Shown here: positions 38,301-53,300 of the stretch, piece by piece | Position numbering within the stretch: the stretch's first letter is position 1 | Layout of the letters: the number at the start of each line of letters is the position of its first letter | Source of the DNA: Nemertoderma westbladi | Lineage: Eukaryota > Animalia > Xenacoelomorpha | Reading direction: 5' to 3' | DNA length: 64,000 nt | Assembly (NCBI GenBank): GCA_032718475.1 | Contig: JAUCBJ010004672.1 | Coordinates: 7,333-71,332, forward strand | Position numbers and translations under genes: made by a program | The notes under the pieces: model-generated | Told to the model about the DNA's origin: nothing | The model's input: the letters and a program-made list of their open reading frames with translations, nothing else | The model's database searches: none

Positions 38301-41300
38301 CATGTGTTCAAGGAGCAACGACGTAGAAAAGGTTTGCAAGTAATTTAAGCAAAATTACGTATTATATGGGGAAATAAAAGTAGAACATATTTTTTTCCTA
38401 TGTAATAAATAATTTTTGTTTGCGTAGAAAAGTCCAAAAGTGGGTACCTGTACCCATAACATAGTAATACCGCCACATTTTATATATACCAGCTTACTTT
38501 TATGATAACCATGACATTTAATGCCGACAATATATTCTAGAACATTTCAAGAGCAAAAATACAATACAAATGGTTATAATTATTACCAATAGAAATATAG
38601 CAGTATAAGCGGGATTATATTATTTAGCCGCTGGCTGGTTGAATCACACAATTGATATGATTACCAACCCAGTCTGTGCGTACTTTATGTAATTAGTGTG
38701 TATAATATCGAACCCAGTAAATAATTTAGTATCTCTTTGGTTAATTAAATTATGTTGTTGATGAAATCAAGAAACTGCTTATTATACGAAGTTACTCTGA
38801 TGTTTTATGGTATAAGTATCGGACATTGTTACTTTGGACCAAAATGCAATTGTGATGAACTTAAACCCATCTGTACCGAGAACAAAAAATGCGTTGAGTG
38901 CGAGGATGACTCGCATTGCAATGCAAATAAACCCATTTGCCATCCCATGGGGGGAGAATGCGTCGAGTGCCTCAAAAAAGATCACTGCAAATTGGAAGAT
39001 AAACCCGTATGTGAGAATTTCGAATGCGCCCCTGGTCCGCTTACTACAACACCACTGCCTCCAGGTATTAAAGTAGCTGGCTTGGGTTTGGGTGTGTTTA
39101 TCATTGTTGTTATTATACCGGGTTTAGTTTGCAGTTTTTTCTCCGTAGTTGTTCCAATGTCGTTAATGGAACGCAGAAGGAATCAATGGGCACGGGGAAA
39201 CCAGTGGGTGTCGCCAGAGATGGTGGGACAGCCAGGGTTGGTGGGACAGCCAGGGTTGGTGGGACAGCCAGGGTTGGTGGGACAGCCAGGGTTGGTGGGA
39301 CCGCCAGGGTTGGTAATGCCGCCGACTGGGTACCCACTTCCTGGGACAGATGATGACTCATGGTAAGGAATAAACGCTTCCGCACAAACCGGTCCAACAG
39401 GAGACGAGTGTTTAATAGCTGCGCCTAGTTGTACCTATTTCTGTGTACAACCATCTGCTCGTTACGTTACCAAGGACAATCAACTTTGTTACCATAGTAA
39501 TATTGTTCTATGTTGATATGCTTTGCTACGCTCAAATAATATATTTTTTTTAGTAAATGCCATAACATATTTTAAACATTAATAAATAAAAAGACCATCG
39601 AAAGTGATGATCAGAAAAACTTTTAATTAAAGTGGGGCAGTCCAAGTAATACCGTTCCTTTTCGTTGTAATTGAAACAACAGTTAAATATTTAGTGTTGA
39701 TTGATAGTAATTGTGATTGATAGTAATTGTGATTGATAGTAATTGTGATTGATAGTAATTGTGATTGATAGTAATTGCTCAAATAATAATGTTTTTAGGG
39801 GAAGAACATTAAAACCTATAAATGGCCAATAATTGGTTTTCAGTTCAGTTGCTATCATAGCGTTTTGAACGGGTTCTTGTTAAATATCTGAACTGTTTGA
39901 ATTACCAATGCTGATGGGGATGGGTGAGCGATGTTTTGGGTGGCTACATGCTTATCAACCGTTGCGGAAAATTTTCAAAAATTGCAAACTTTAATCAAAT
40001 TCATTTTCATTAATTTATTGTTTGTGATTTATTTGATTTCAATAATAAATTACTTTATCAGAGTTATTAACTTTCAATATTCGGGAATCCTCATCTCAAT
40101 GATAGACAATCACGCCCAAAGGCCCCGTCGCAAATTATATTTGAACAATTTCTAAACTTTTGACAGACTACATTGTTAACTCTTGTGTTCTGGAGAATAC
40201 AGATTGTTTAGTGTCATCACAAATACAGTCTGTGGTCTAGTAAGTATCTGCCAAGTTAAAATTGAACGGAAAACAAACTTGGAATTGCGACCGAAGGTTA
40301 GCACTTTCAGACAATTTCTTCCTCTAGCGGCAGACCGGAGAACTGCAAAATCACTATTGCCTAAACTTTTGACAGACTATCCTACGTGTTTGGTTACATT
40401 TGATCGAGTTATTAACGATGAAATATTCAGAACAACTGTTCGAATGAGTGACAGGTTGATAAATAATACCGCTATGCTCCATCCCGCTATGCTCCATCCG
40501 GCTATGCTCCATACCGCTATGCTCCATCCCGCTATACTCCATCCCGCTATGCTCCATCCGGCTATGCTCCATCCCGCTATACTCCATCCCGCTATACTCC
40601 ATACCGCTATGCTCCATCCCGCTATGCTCCATCCCGCTATGCTCCATCCCGCTATGCTCCATCCGGCTATGCTCCATCCCGCTATGCTCCATCCCGCTAT
40701 ACTCCATACCGCTATGCTCCATCCCGCTATACTCCATCCCGCTATGCTCCATCCCGCTATACTCCATCCCGCTATGCTCCATCCCGCTATACTCCATCCC
40801 GCTATGCTCCATCCGGCTATGCTCCATACCGCTATACTCCATCCCGCTATGCTCCATCCCGCTATACTCCATCCCGCTATGCTCCATCCCGCTATGCTCC
40901 ATACCGCTATACTCCATCCCGCTATGCTCCATCCCGCTATACTCCATCCCGCTATGCTCCATCCCGCTATGCTCCATCCCGCTATGCTCCATCCCGCTAT
41001 GCTCCATCCGGCTATGCTCCATCCCGCTATGCTCCATCCCGCTATACTCCATCCCGCTATGCTCCATCCGGCTATGCTCCATCCCGCTATGCTCCATCCC
41101 GCTATACTCCATACCGCTATGCTCCATCCCGCTATACTCCATCCCGCTATGCTCCATCCCGCTATACTCCATCCCGCTATGCTCCATCCCGCTATACTCC
41201 ATCCCGCTATACTCCATCCCGCTATACTCCATCCCGCTATACTCCATCCCGCTATACTCCATCCCGCTATACTCCATCCCGCTATGCTCCATCCCGCTAT

Positions 41301-44300
41301 ACTCCATCCCGCTATGCTCCATCCGGCTATGCTCCATACCGCTATACTCCATCCCGCTATGCTCCATCCCGCTATACTCCATCCAGCTATACTCCATACC
41401 GCTATGATCCATCCCGCTATGCTCCATCCCGCTATACTCCATCCCGCTATGCTCCATACCGCTATGCTCCATCCCGCTATACTCCATCCCGCTATACTCC
41501 ATCCCGCTATACTCCATCCCGCTATGCTCCATCCCGCTATACTCCATCCCGCTATGCTCCATCCGGCTATGCTCCATACCGCTATACTCCATCCCGCTAT
41601 GCTCCATCCCGCTATGCTCCATCCAGCTATACTCCATACCGCTATGATCCATCCCGCTATGCTCCATCCCGCTATACTCCATCCCGCTATACTCCATCCC
41701 GCTATGCTCCATCCCGCTATACTCCATCCCGCTATGCTCCATCCCGCTATACTCCATCCCGCTATGCTCCATACCGCTATGCTCCATCCCGCTATACTCC
41801 ATCCCGCTATACTCCATCCCGCTATACTCCATCCCGCTATGCTCCATACCGCTATGCTCCATCCCGCTATACTCCATCCCGCTATACTCCATCCCGCTAT
41901 ACTCCATCCCGCTATACTCCATCCCGCTATGCTCCATCCCGCTATACTCCATCCCGCTATGCTCCATCCGGCTATGCTCCATACCGCTATACTCCATCCC
42001 GCTATGCTCCATCCCGCTATGCTCCATCCCGCTATGCTCCACCCCGCTATACTCCATCCCGCTATACTCCATCCCGCTATGCTCCATCCCGCTATGCTCC
42101 ATCCCGCTATACTCCTTCCCGCTATGCTCCATCCCGCTATACTCCATCCCGCTATACTCCATCCCGCTATGCTCCATCCCGCTATGCTCCACCCCGCTAT
42201 ACTCCATCCCGCTATACTCCATCCCGCTATGCTCCATCCCGCTATACTCCATCCCGCTATGCTCCATCCCGCTATACTCCATCCCGCTATGCTCCATCCG
42301 GCTATGCTCCATACCGCTATACTCCATCCCGCTATGCTCCATCCCGCTATGCTCCATCCCGCTATGCTCCACCCCGCTATACTCCATCCCGCTATACTCC
42401 ATCCCGCTATGCTCCATCCCGCTATGCTCCATCCCGCTATACTCCTTCCCGCTATGCTCCATCCCGCTATACTCCATCCCGCTATACTCCATCCCGCTAT
42501 GCTCCACCCCGCTATGCTCCATCCCGCTATGCTCCATCCCGCTATGCTCCATCCCGCTATACTCCATCCCGCTATGCTCCATACCATTATGCTTATTAGC
42601 ATACACATATAGCGGTCGGTAGACGGGGTTATAGAGTTGGGCAGTCTCTGATTGGTGGGTTATATTATAACTGATGTGTTTGCGTACCTAGGTATGAACC
42701 CAATGGGCGGACCCCTGTCTCTAATGAGTCGAGACGCCCCCTACATAATGGGTCAGGAACGTTTTCCCGACGGTCGCCAGGGGGCGTTGAAGGAAATGAT
42801 GCCAACCAGTGGCGATTTCTACAGAGGCGGTCGGCCCAACTTCAACAACGGAGGAACTGTTTATGTAAGTAAAACAGTTCAATTATTATTAACCTGTTAG
42901 ACCTAGAACCCAGCCATTCTGAACGTTTTTACCCCCTTTTGTCTTTCGAGATTGATTTTCAGATTTAGATTGCTTTTATATTGTCACGTTGCTTTTATAT
43001 TGTCACGTTAAGTTACCAAATGTATTTCAGTAAACAACCAAATGCGTGCCATTTCTAGTATTTGTGACAACTGTAATTATCAGAGACACCAAGTATCCAT
43101 GGAAACAGGTTGGGAACGTCTGCAGATACGAACTGGAAGCGAGTTGACGAGGCCATCTACCAGTACAATGGTTTATAAGGGGAGATTGAAGGGATATAAG
43201 GGAAATAAAATACGTATTACATGAAAGATAAATGTTTTTTTATTTCCTATGATGTATCTATAATATGCTGAGCGATCAAGGTTTATCGACCTTGGTGGCT
43301 CATAAAGGAACAAAATCATATGTATTTTTAGGTTAATAAATAAACGCAATAATTTTTATTGTCCATTTTTATCCTTTTTTTGTCAATTTTTTTTGATTTT
43401 TTATGTCATCCAAAAGTCTAATGTTAGGTTCCATGCTACCGGTTTCTCTACTGCTGTTCTCTCAGGCTATCAGTACCGGTTAGTATATATATAGCACTAT
43501 TTTGCTGTATTGTATGTACAGATGTAGGTATAAAGCAGGTATTTCTGTATTTTAGTACCGGTACCGGCACTGGTACTGCTATAGGCCTACTGTGTAGCCT
43601 ACCATTTAAATACGGTAATGGTAGGCCTACCGGTTGTGCTAATAAATTTTAAATAATTGATAGGCGAAACTGGATTGCAGGATTGTGGAAAATGTGGATA
43701 TACCTTTCACATAATTTAGGCCTTACTGTATTAGTTTTATAATCAATAATGGATCATGACTACTGTCTGAGTAGTGTTACGGATAGCGGCTCCACTACTT
43801 CCAACAGCACAGAAGGCCCGCCTCTGTAACCTGCCCCTTTCCCTCAATTAGTTAAATGATCGTTTATTGTTTTGGTTAGAAAATCCCGTCTCTGTAACCT
43901 GCTCCTTTCCCTCAATTAGTTAAATGATCGTTTATTGTTTTGGTTAGAAAATCCCGTCTCTGTAACCTGCTCCTTTCCCTGATTTGGTAAAGTGACTGTT
44001 TATTGTTTTGGTTAGAAAATCCCGCCTCTGTAACCTGCTCCTTTCCCTCAATTAGTTTAAGTGATCGTTTATTGTTTTGGTTAGGAAATCCCGCCTCTGT
44101 AACCTGCTCCTTTCCCTCAATTGGTAATGTTATCGTTTATTGTTTTGGTTAGAAAATCCCGCCTCTGTAACCTGCTCCTTTCTCTCAATTGGTAATGTTA
44201 TCGTTTATTGTTTTGGTTAGAAAATCCCGTCTCTGTAACCTGCTCCTTTCCCTCAATTAGTTAAATGATCGTTTATTGTTTTGGTTAGAAAATCCCGCCT

Positions 44301-47300
44301 CTGTAACCTGCTCCTTTCCCTGATTTGGTAAAGTGACTGTTTATTGTTTTGGTTAGAAAACTCGGCCTTAACCTGCTCCTTTCCATCAATTGGTAATTGT
44401 TTTTGGCTATAAAATGAGTGTTTTGCTACGTCATGTGGTAATCGATTATCGACAACAACCACAAACTATTAAATATAGAGTCTTTTTACCACAGGCGCAT
44501 ATGGAAATCTATCTCATAGTCTATAAATCATGGAATGTTTTGGCACAGGCATAGTGAAATCAACTGTCTGACAGTCCAGAAATCAGCAGTCTGACAGTTT
44601 GAAGAAATACATACATAAAAAGTGACAATAAAAGTCATTAAATGGACAACAAAAGTCATTATGCATAATTCGTAAAAAAAAAGTGACAAAAAAAGTCAAA
44701 TAAATTGACATAAAAAAATCACTGCCATAAATAAATAGTTTACCAAATCATTATATTATGTGCCAGTCTAATTAAAAAATATCTCATTTTATGGCAGTTT
44801 AGGATACATGCCATTTAGATAATTTATTTATTTTATCGAACTCGTTATTTGATCCACTTCTCGTAGTCTTCCTGCGTAGTCCAGTGGTTTGTTCCTTGGA
44901 GTCTGTGCGGAAAGGCCGAGGTTCAATCCTTACACGTCGCTGATAGTTTATTTTTCATTTAATCCAATGATGATACTCGCAGGCTACCTTTACTAACGCT
45001 AAAACGGGAGCCGTTTCCGTTGTGTTGAAAACATGCGAGGCATTTGTCTGAGGATAAAACGTTTAGTTATAATAACTTCAAGTTTTGTTATAATAACGTT
45101 ATGTTTAGTTATAGTAACTTAAAGTTTAGTTATAATAACGTAAAGTTTAGTTATAATTATAATTTATAATTTATAATAACTTAAAGTTTAGTTATAATTT
45201 AAAGTTGAGTTATAATAACATAAAGTTTAGATATAATTTAAAGCTTAGTTATAATAACATAAAGTTTAGTTATAATTATAATTTATAATAACTTAAAGTT
45301 TAGTTATAATAACTTAAAGTTTAGTTATAATAACATAAAGTTTAGTTATAATTGCCATCATGATCTAATCATTATAGTGGGGGTTGGTACACTATTCCAT
45401 AACGTTTGTAAAGTGAATATAGTTATCGAGATATGGCACAAAATTTATAGTAATTTTAAATAAATTAAATAAACTACATATTGGCAGCCAATACATTTTT
45501 TAACTGTTATGTCCGGGGTTAACTACAAGTAGTTGTTAAGTTTGGTACACTACACACACATTCAATTTATGGAGGGCACGTATTTGGAATAGCGCAAGCG
45601 GTGCTACTATGCCCTAAGTTAAAGATATACGGTAATAAATTATTTCGCAGTACAGCTGTAGTGGACGTATGAATCTGCTCGTTATGTGGTGTGTTCAGCA
45701 TCAGCTGGTAGGAACATTGTACACATTACCTAATGAATGGGGCCGAAATAGAGGCATCTAAAATAATAAAAAAAATAATCTGAAATAATATACAAATGTA
45801 ATATACCGCTACAGTAATATAAATACAGCATTAAATTAATTAGGAAATAAAAAACACTGTTATGAATGTAATTGCATTATGTTCCAACATTTGGAGTAAA
45901 ATAATTTAAAACGGGATAAACAATATGTCTATAAAACATGCATACATAATTAAAAGACTATATAAAGACCAATTAAAATACGGATTTATTTTGCGTTGTG
46001 TGCGTGTGGATCGGAGCAGGCAGACTATCTAAAAACATCGCGGTTCTTAGAGGGGAACAGTTCTGCGGAACATGCTGACAGTGCTGATAGTGGTCAGTAT
46101 TGTGGGCTAATGCACCGCAGAAGCGGCAGATGCAATAATCAGCAGCTCGCCAACAATTGGAGGAATTGCAGAGTTTGTGGTGGAAGCCGTTGGAAATTAG
46201 TTGATTGAATTGTTGATTAGTTGGCACTGTTATAAGATTGAATGCAGGTGAGATAAAAGAAGTAGACCAAGCAGCACCTTGGTCTAGTGGTGACATTCAT
46301 GGGCTTCCAATTAGGAAGCCCTGGTTCGATCCCTAGATGGGGCAGCACTGTTCGGGCACATTGATTTAAATGCTGCAGCCTAGCCCAACCCCGTCTTTCA
46401 TCCTTCAGTGGTCGATAAATGGGGACCAAAGCAACTTGGGAACCAGATTGGAAGGGTTTACTGTGGAAGATCACCCATGGTGGTGAACAGGCATTCCTTT
46501 AGGAAACAGAGTGGAAGGGTATATTGTGGGGGATCACCCATGGTGGTGAACATTCCTTTAGGAAACAGAGTGGAAGGGTTTACTGTGGAAGATCACCCAT
46601 GGTGGTGAACAGGCATTCCTTTAGGAAACATAGTGGAAGGGTTTTCTGTGGAAGATCACCCATGGTGGTGAACAGGCATTCCTTTAGGAAACAGAGTGGA
46701 ATGGTTTACTGTGGAAGATCAAAGATCACCCATGGTGATGAACAGGCATTCCTTTAGGAAACAGAGTGGAAGGGTTTAATGTGGAAGATCATCCATGGTG
46801 GTGAACAGGCATTCCTTTAGGAAACAGAGTGGAAGGGTATATTGTGGGGGATAACCCATGGTGGTGAACAGGCATTCCTTTATGAAACAGAGTGGAAGTG
46901 TTTACTGTGGAAGATCACCCATGGTGGTGAACAGGCATTCCTTTAGGAAACAGAGTGGAAGGGTTTAATGTGGAAGATCATCCATGGTGGTGAACAGGCA
47001 TTCCTTTAGGAAACAGAGTGGAAGGGTATATTGTGGGGGATCACCCATGGTGGTGAACAGGCATTCCTTTATGAAACAGAGTGGAAGGGTTTACTGTGGA
47101 AGATCACCCATGGTGATGAACAGGCATTCCTTTAGGAAACAGAGTGCAAGGGTTTAATGTGGAAGATCATCCATGGTGGTGAACAGGCATTCCTTTAGGA
47201 AACAGAGTGGAAGGGTATATTGTGGGGGATCACCCATGGTGGTGAACAGGCATTCCTTTATGAAACAGAGTGGAAGGGTTTACTGTGGAAGATCACCCAT

Positions 47301-50300
47301 GGTGATGAACAGGCATTCCTTTAGGAAACAGAGTGCAAGGGTTTAATGTGGAAGATCATCCATGGTGGTGAACAGGCATTCCTTTAGGAAACAGAGTGGA
47401 AGGGTATATTGTGGGGGATCACCCATGGTGGTGAACAGGCATTCCTTTATGAAACAGAGTGGAAGGGTTTACTGTGGAAGATCACCCATGGTGGTGAACA
47501 GGCATTCCTTTAGGAAGCGGAGTGGAAGGGTTTACTGTGGAAGATCAAAGATCACCCATGGTGATGAACATGCATTCCTTTAGGAAACAGAGTGGAAGGG
47601 TTTAATGTGGAAGATCATCCATGGTGGTGAACAGGCATTCCTTTAGGAAACAGAGTGGAAGGGTTTACTGTGGAAGATCACCCATGGTGGTGCACAGGCA
47701 TTCCTTTAGGATCCAGAGTGGAAGGGTTTACTGTGGAAGATCACCCATGGTGGTGAACATGCATTCCTTTAGGAAGCAGAGTGGAAGGGTTTACTGTGGA
47801 AGATCAAAGATCACCCATGGTGATAAACAGGCATTCCTTTAGGAAACAGAGTGGAAGGGTTTACTGTGGAAGATCATCCATGGTGGTGAACAGGCATTCC
47901 TTTAGGAAACAGAGTGGAAGGGTATACTGTGGAAGATCACCCATGGTGGTGAACAGGCATTCCTTTATGAAACATAGTGGAAGGGTTTACTGTGGAAGAT
48001 CACCCATCATGGTGGTGAACAGGCATTCCTTTAGGATCCAGAGTGGAAGGGTTTACTGTGGAAGATCATCCATGGTGGTGAACAGGCATTCCTTTAGGAA
48101 ACAGAGTGGAAGGGTATACTGTGGAAGATCACCCATGGTGGTGAACAGGCATTCCTTTATGAAACAGAGTGGAAGGGTTTACTGTGGAAGATCACCCATC
48201 ATGGTGGTGAACAGGCATTCCTTTAGTATCCAGAGTGGAAGGGTTTACTGTGGAAGATCACCCATGGTGGTGAACATGCATTCCTTTAGGAAGTAGAGTG
48301 GAAGGGTTTACTGTGGAAGATCAAAGATCACCCATGGTGATGAACAGGCATTCCTTTAGGAAACAGAGTGGAAGGGTTTAATGTGGAAGATCATCCATGG
48401 TGGTGAACAGGCATTCATTTAGGAAACAGAGTGGAAGGGTATACTGTGAAAGATCAAAGATCACCCATGGTGGTGAACATGCATTCCTTTAGGAAACAGA
48501 GTGGAAGGGTTTAATGTGGAAGATCATCCATGGTGGTGAACAGGCATTCCTTTAGGAAACAGAGTGGAAGGGTTTACTGTGGAAGATCACCCATGGTGGT
48601 GCACAGGCATTCCTTTAGGATCCAGAGTGGAAGGGTTTACTGTGGAAGATCACCCATGGTGGTGAACAGGCATTCCTTTAGGAAACAGAGTGGAAGGGTA
48701 TACTGTGAAAGAGCAAAGATCACCCATGGTGGTGAACAGGCATTCCTTTAGGAAACAGAGTGGAAGGGTTTACTGTGGAAGATCATCCATGGTGGTGAAC
48801 AGAACAGTTTCTAAACCACCACCCATGGTGGTGAACAGGCATTCCTTTAGGAAGCAGAGTGGAAGGGTTTACTGTGGAAGATCACCCATGGTGGTGAACA
48901 GGCATTCCTTTATGAAACAGAGTGGAAGGGTTTACTGTGGAAGATCACCAATGGTGGTGAACATGCATTCCTTTTGGAAACAGAGTGGAAGGCTGTACTG
49001 TGGAAGATCACCTACGGCGGTGATCAGGCATTCCTTTAGGTTTCAGAGTGGAAGGGTTTACTGTGGAAGATCACCCATGGTGATGGTGAACAGGCAGTCC
49101 TTTAGGAAACAGAGTAGAAGGGTTTACTGTGGAAGATCACCCATGGTGATGAACAGGCATTCCTTTAGGAAACAGAGTGGAAGGGTTTAATGTGGAAGAT
49201 CACCAATGGTGGTGAACACGCATTCCTTTAGGAAACAGTGTGGAAGGGTTTACTGTGGAAGATCACCAATGGTGGTGAACAGCTCCATAAGCTCATAAGT
49301 ACTAAAATTACTCAATAGTATGGGGAACGCAAAACTAAATAAAAAAAAGTTCAAAGGCACCAAAATTTAATGTAGTTTGTAGCATTCAATATGATTTAAC
49401 AGTGATGGTGTGGATTATTCATTAAGGTGGCATAACTTTATTATATAGCGCGCTTATTTATGTATGAATTCTACTGTACGTTGGTTACTACGGAACTGCC
49501 GAAAAGAAGAGATATGCCGCTGAGATATACTAACACCGCTGAAGACGCCCCCGACGGGTGAAATGGCCTTACGGTGAAAATAACTTATTTTTATAACCTG
49601 TGGTGAACGACCCTTAACCCCAAACATACCAGCCTGAGGGTGAGGGGGGGGGGGTGTCTTATGAACCTTTCCAGATATAAATTATTATATTAAATAAGAA
49701 AGATATTATTTGGCATACCTTACAGGACGATGTGGCGCGGTTCCGACCTGGTATGGGCGGTGGGCGCGGCGGAATCCTTCCTCCCGTAGAGGCCGCCCGC
49801 TCCTGGGCACCCATGGACGCCGCGTCCAGGGCCGTTGGGGCGACCGCTGTGAACCCGTCGCTGGTAGACCAGGAGGGACGCGTACTAATGGCATACTCAA
49901 TGGACCCGGATCAAATCAACTGCGACAAACTATTTAACTTGCTCTGTCTCTATGGCAACGTACTTCGGGTGAGTTTGAAGTAACATACGATTTTTATTTA
50001 AACTCAATGCGTTACGCCTCTAGTGGCTGGTGTGCTTTTCGTATTGGTATAAGCTAAACGATGATTTTTACAAATTGAAGAAAATGACCTTTTGCAGATC
50101 CAATCCATATAAACTTATCTAATCTCTGATATTTTAACCATCAGTGAATCAGAGTATATTATATTCAATATGTCTCCGCATGGCGGCGTTGGCTTTTCCG
50201 ACTAAAACCATTTTACACTGTCAGAGGCCAAAAAGTCGTAATTGTAAAAATGAACCAATCACTATTTCCACCTTCTTAATTTCCGTGTGCTGTTGTCAGA

Positions 50301-53300
50301 ATGGTTTGGGCGTCCGACTTCTAACCCGAAGGTTACAGGTTCGATCCCACCATGACATCAAACATTTGTTGCAATTTATTCAACCCTAAAAATTGGAGGT
50401 ACCCAGCTCTATTGCACTAATTAAGCCGGCTGGTCACACAGTCTAACAATCTGTGACTCAGTGACATACGGTGCAAATATTGTTACTACTTTATGGCGTA
50501 CATCCAGCAGCCGCTAGATGGCTCCATGTAGTTGGACAGACCTTAGAGTGTGATTTTACTTTATATAGATTAAACGGTATGTTTTAGTTACTTTTTAATT
50601 TATTGTAATTACTAATTCTGTATTCCAACTACCTCGTAATATTTATCCCCAGATTTCGTTTATGAAAAGTAAACCGGGTAACGCAATGATAGAAATGGGG
50701 GACCCCGCCTCTGTACAGCGGGTGTTGACGCATCTCAATAGAGTGGTGGTTAACGGGAGGGCCCTAGAATTGGGCTACAGTAGACAGACAACCGTCCAAG
50801 CCAAGGCTCGAACCCAGGAACTCCAGGATGGCACCCCCGCCTTCAAGGATTACTCAAACTCAAGGAACAACAGGTTACATTCCTTACTAACTAATTAATT
50901 ATTCCATCTGTTGCTGTAACAACGCTATCCTGTAACGGTAATCGGTTTTTTTTACAATACACCCCCCCCCCCCCCCCCCCCCCCACCCCAGTCGGGGTAA
51001 ACAGAACGTCGTATTAAAATTTTCTTTATTAGTGAACCAGAAATATAAAATAAATATTAATATAACGAAATGTATGTCTGTATTATTATGAGAGTTATAA
51101 GGTTGAAGTAAACAGACAGTGAGACTGACAGTGAGACTGACAGTGAGACTGACAGACTGACAGTGAGAGTGACAGACAGACTGACAGTGAGAGTGACAGA
51201 CAGACATTGAGAGTGACAGACAGACAGACAGTGAGAACAGACAGGGGTGGGGGGGGGGGCAATGTAAGCAATGGAGGTAGTGCTATCTACCGGAGCAGGA
51301 GAGGTTGCAGACACAGCAAAGGCAGCTGTCTGAGAGCGGATGGAAGGCGTCGGATTGAGAGGCAGCTGTCTGAGAGCGGATGGAAGGCGTCGGATTGAGA
51401 GGCAGCTGTCTGAGAGCGGATGGAAGGCGTCGGATTGAGAGGCAGCTGTCTGAGAGCGGATGGAAGGCGTCGGATTGAGAGGCAGCTGTCTGAGAGCGGA
51501 TGGAAGGCGTCGGATTGAGAGGCAGCTGTCTGAGAGCGGATGGAAGGCGTCGGATTGAGACAGAGGCAGCTGTCTGAGAGCGGATGGAAAGGCGTCGGAT
51601 TGAGAGGCAGCTGTCTGAGAGCGGATGGAAAGGCGTCGGATTGAGAGGCAGCTGTCTGAGAGCGGATGGAAAGGCGTCGGATTAGAGAGGCAGCTGTCTG
51701 AGAGCGGATGGAAAGGCGTCGGATTGAGAGGCAGCTGTCTGAGAGCGGATGGAAAGGCGTCGGATTGAGACAGAGGCAGCTGTCTGAGAGCGGATGGAAG
51801 GCGTCGGATTGAGAGGCAGCTGTCTGAGAGCGGATGGAAAGGCGTCGGATTGAGACGAGCAGCTGTCTGAGAGCGGATGGAAAGGCGTCGGATTGAGACA
51901 GAGGCAGCTGTCTGAGAGCGGATGGAAAGGCGTCGGATTGAGACGAGCAGCTGTCTGAGAGCGGATGGAAAGGCGTCGGATTGAGACAGAGGCAGCTGTC
52001 TGAGAGCGGATGGAAAGGCGTCGGATTGAGAGGCAGCTGTCTGAGAGCGGATGGAAAGGCGTCGGATTGAGAAGAGCAGCTGTCTGAGAGCGGATGGAAA
52101 GGCGTCGGATTGAGACGAGCAGCTGTCTGAGAGCGGATGGAAAGGCGTCGGATTGAGTAACGCATGCAGCTGTCTGAGAGCGGATGGAAAGGCGTCGGAT
52201 TGAGACAGAGGCAGCTGTCTGAGAGCGGATGGAAGGCGTCGGATTGAGACAGACTGTCTGAGAGCGGATGGAAAGGCGTCGGAGTAGACGATCAGCTGTC
52301 TGAGAGCGGATGGAAAGGCGTCGGATTGAGACAGACTTTAAAGTGAAACCCGTGAGTGGTGGCGCATCGAGTAACGCATCAGCTGTCTGAGAGCGGATGG
52401 AAAGGCGTCGGATTGAGACAGACTTTAAAGTGAAACCCGTGAGTGGTGGCGCATCGAGTAACGCATCAGCTGTCTGAGAGCGGATGGAAAGGCGTCGGAT
52501 TGAGACAGACTTTAAAGTGAAACCCGTGATGGTGGCGCATCGAGTAACGCATCAGCTGTCTGAGAGCGGATGGAAAGGCGTCGGATTGAGACAGACTTTA
52601 AAGTGAAACCCGTGAGTGGTCGCATCGAGTAACGCATCAGCTGTCTGAGAGCGGATGGAAAGGCGTCGGATTGAGACAGACTTTAAAGTGAAACCCGTGA
52701 GTGGTGGCGCATCGAGTAACGCATCAGCTGTCTGAGAGCGGATGGAAAGGCGTCGGATTGAGACAGACTTTAAAGTGAAACCCGTGAGTGGTGCATCGAG
52801 TAACGCATCAGCTGTCTGAGAGCGGATGGAAAGGCGTCGGATTGAGACAGACTTTAAAGTGAAACCCGTGAGTGGTGGGCATCGAGTAACGCATCAGCTG
52901 TCTGAGAGCGGATGGAAAGGCGTCGGATTGAGACAGACTTTAAAGTGAAACCCGTGAGTGGTGGGCATCGAGTAACGCATCAGCTGTCTGAGAGCGGATG
53001 GAAAGGCGTCGGATTGAGACAGACTTTAAAGTGAAACCCGTGAGTGGTGGTGCATCGAGTAACGCATCAGCTGTCTGAGAGCGGATGGAAAGGCGTCGGA
53101 TTGAGACAGACTTTAAAGTGAAACCCGTGAGTGGTGGTGCATCGAGTAACAACATGTCTGTTGGGTTGATTGCGGCGTTTCCAGTTATCTGATATGAATG
53201 CAGGTCCGTTAGTGTAAGATTCCCGAATATACTTTATTTCCCGGTCCGTACGGTGATTCCTATTGGCTAATATTACATCGCGTTTCAAAGTGTTGGATTT

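Noticed and set aside
40183-42612. 809/750/743-aa ORFs (HPAML, MEHSG, WSIAG repeats)
   Set aside because: 15-bp satellite open in several frames on both strands; no coding signature.
46408-49190. [21 protein letters not shown] repeat ORFs
   Set aside because: 63-bp satellite translation, broken by stops and indels.
50285-50358. Possible tRNA-Arg(TCT) gene (likewise tRNA-like heads at 16420-16488, 44872 and 46268)
   Set aside because: Acceptor and D stems do not pair properly and similar heads recur with SINE-like bodies; treated as SINEs. tRNAscan-SE would settle it.
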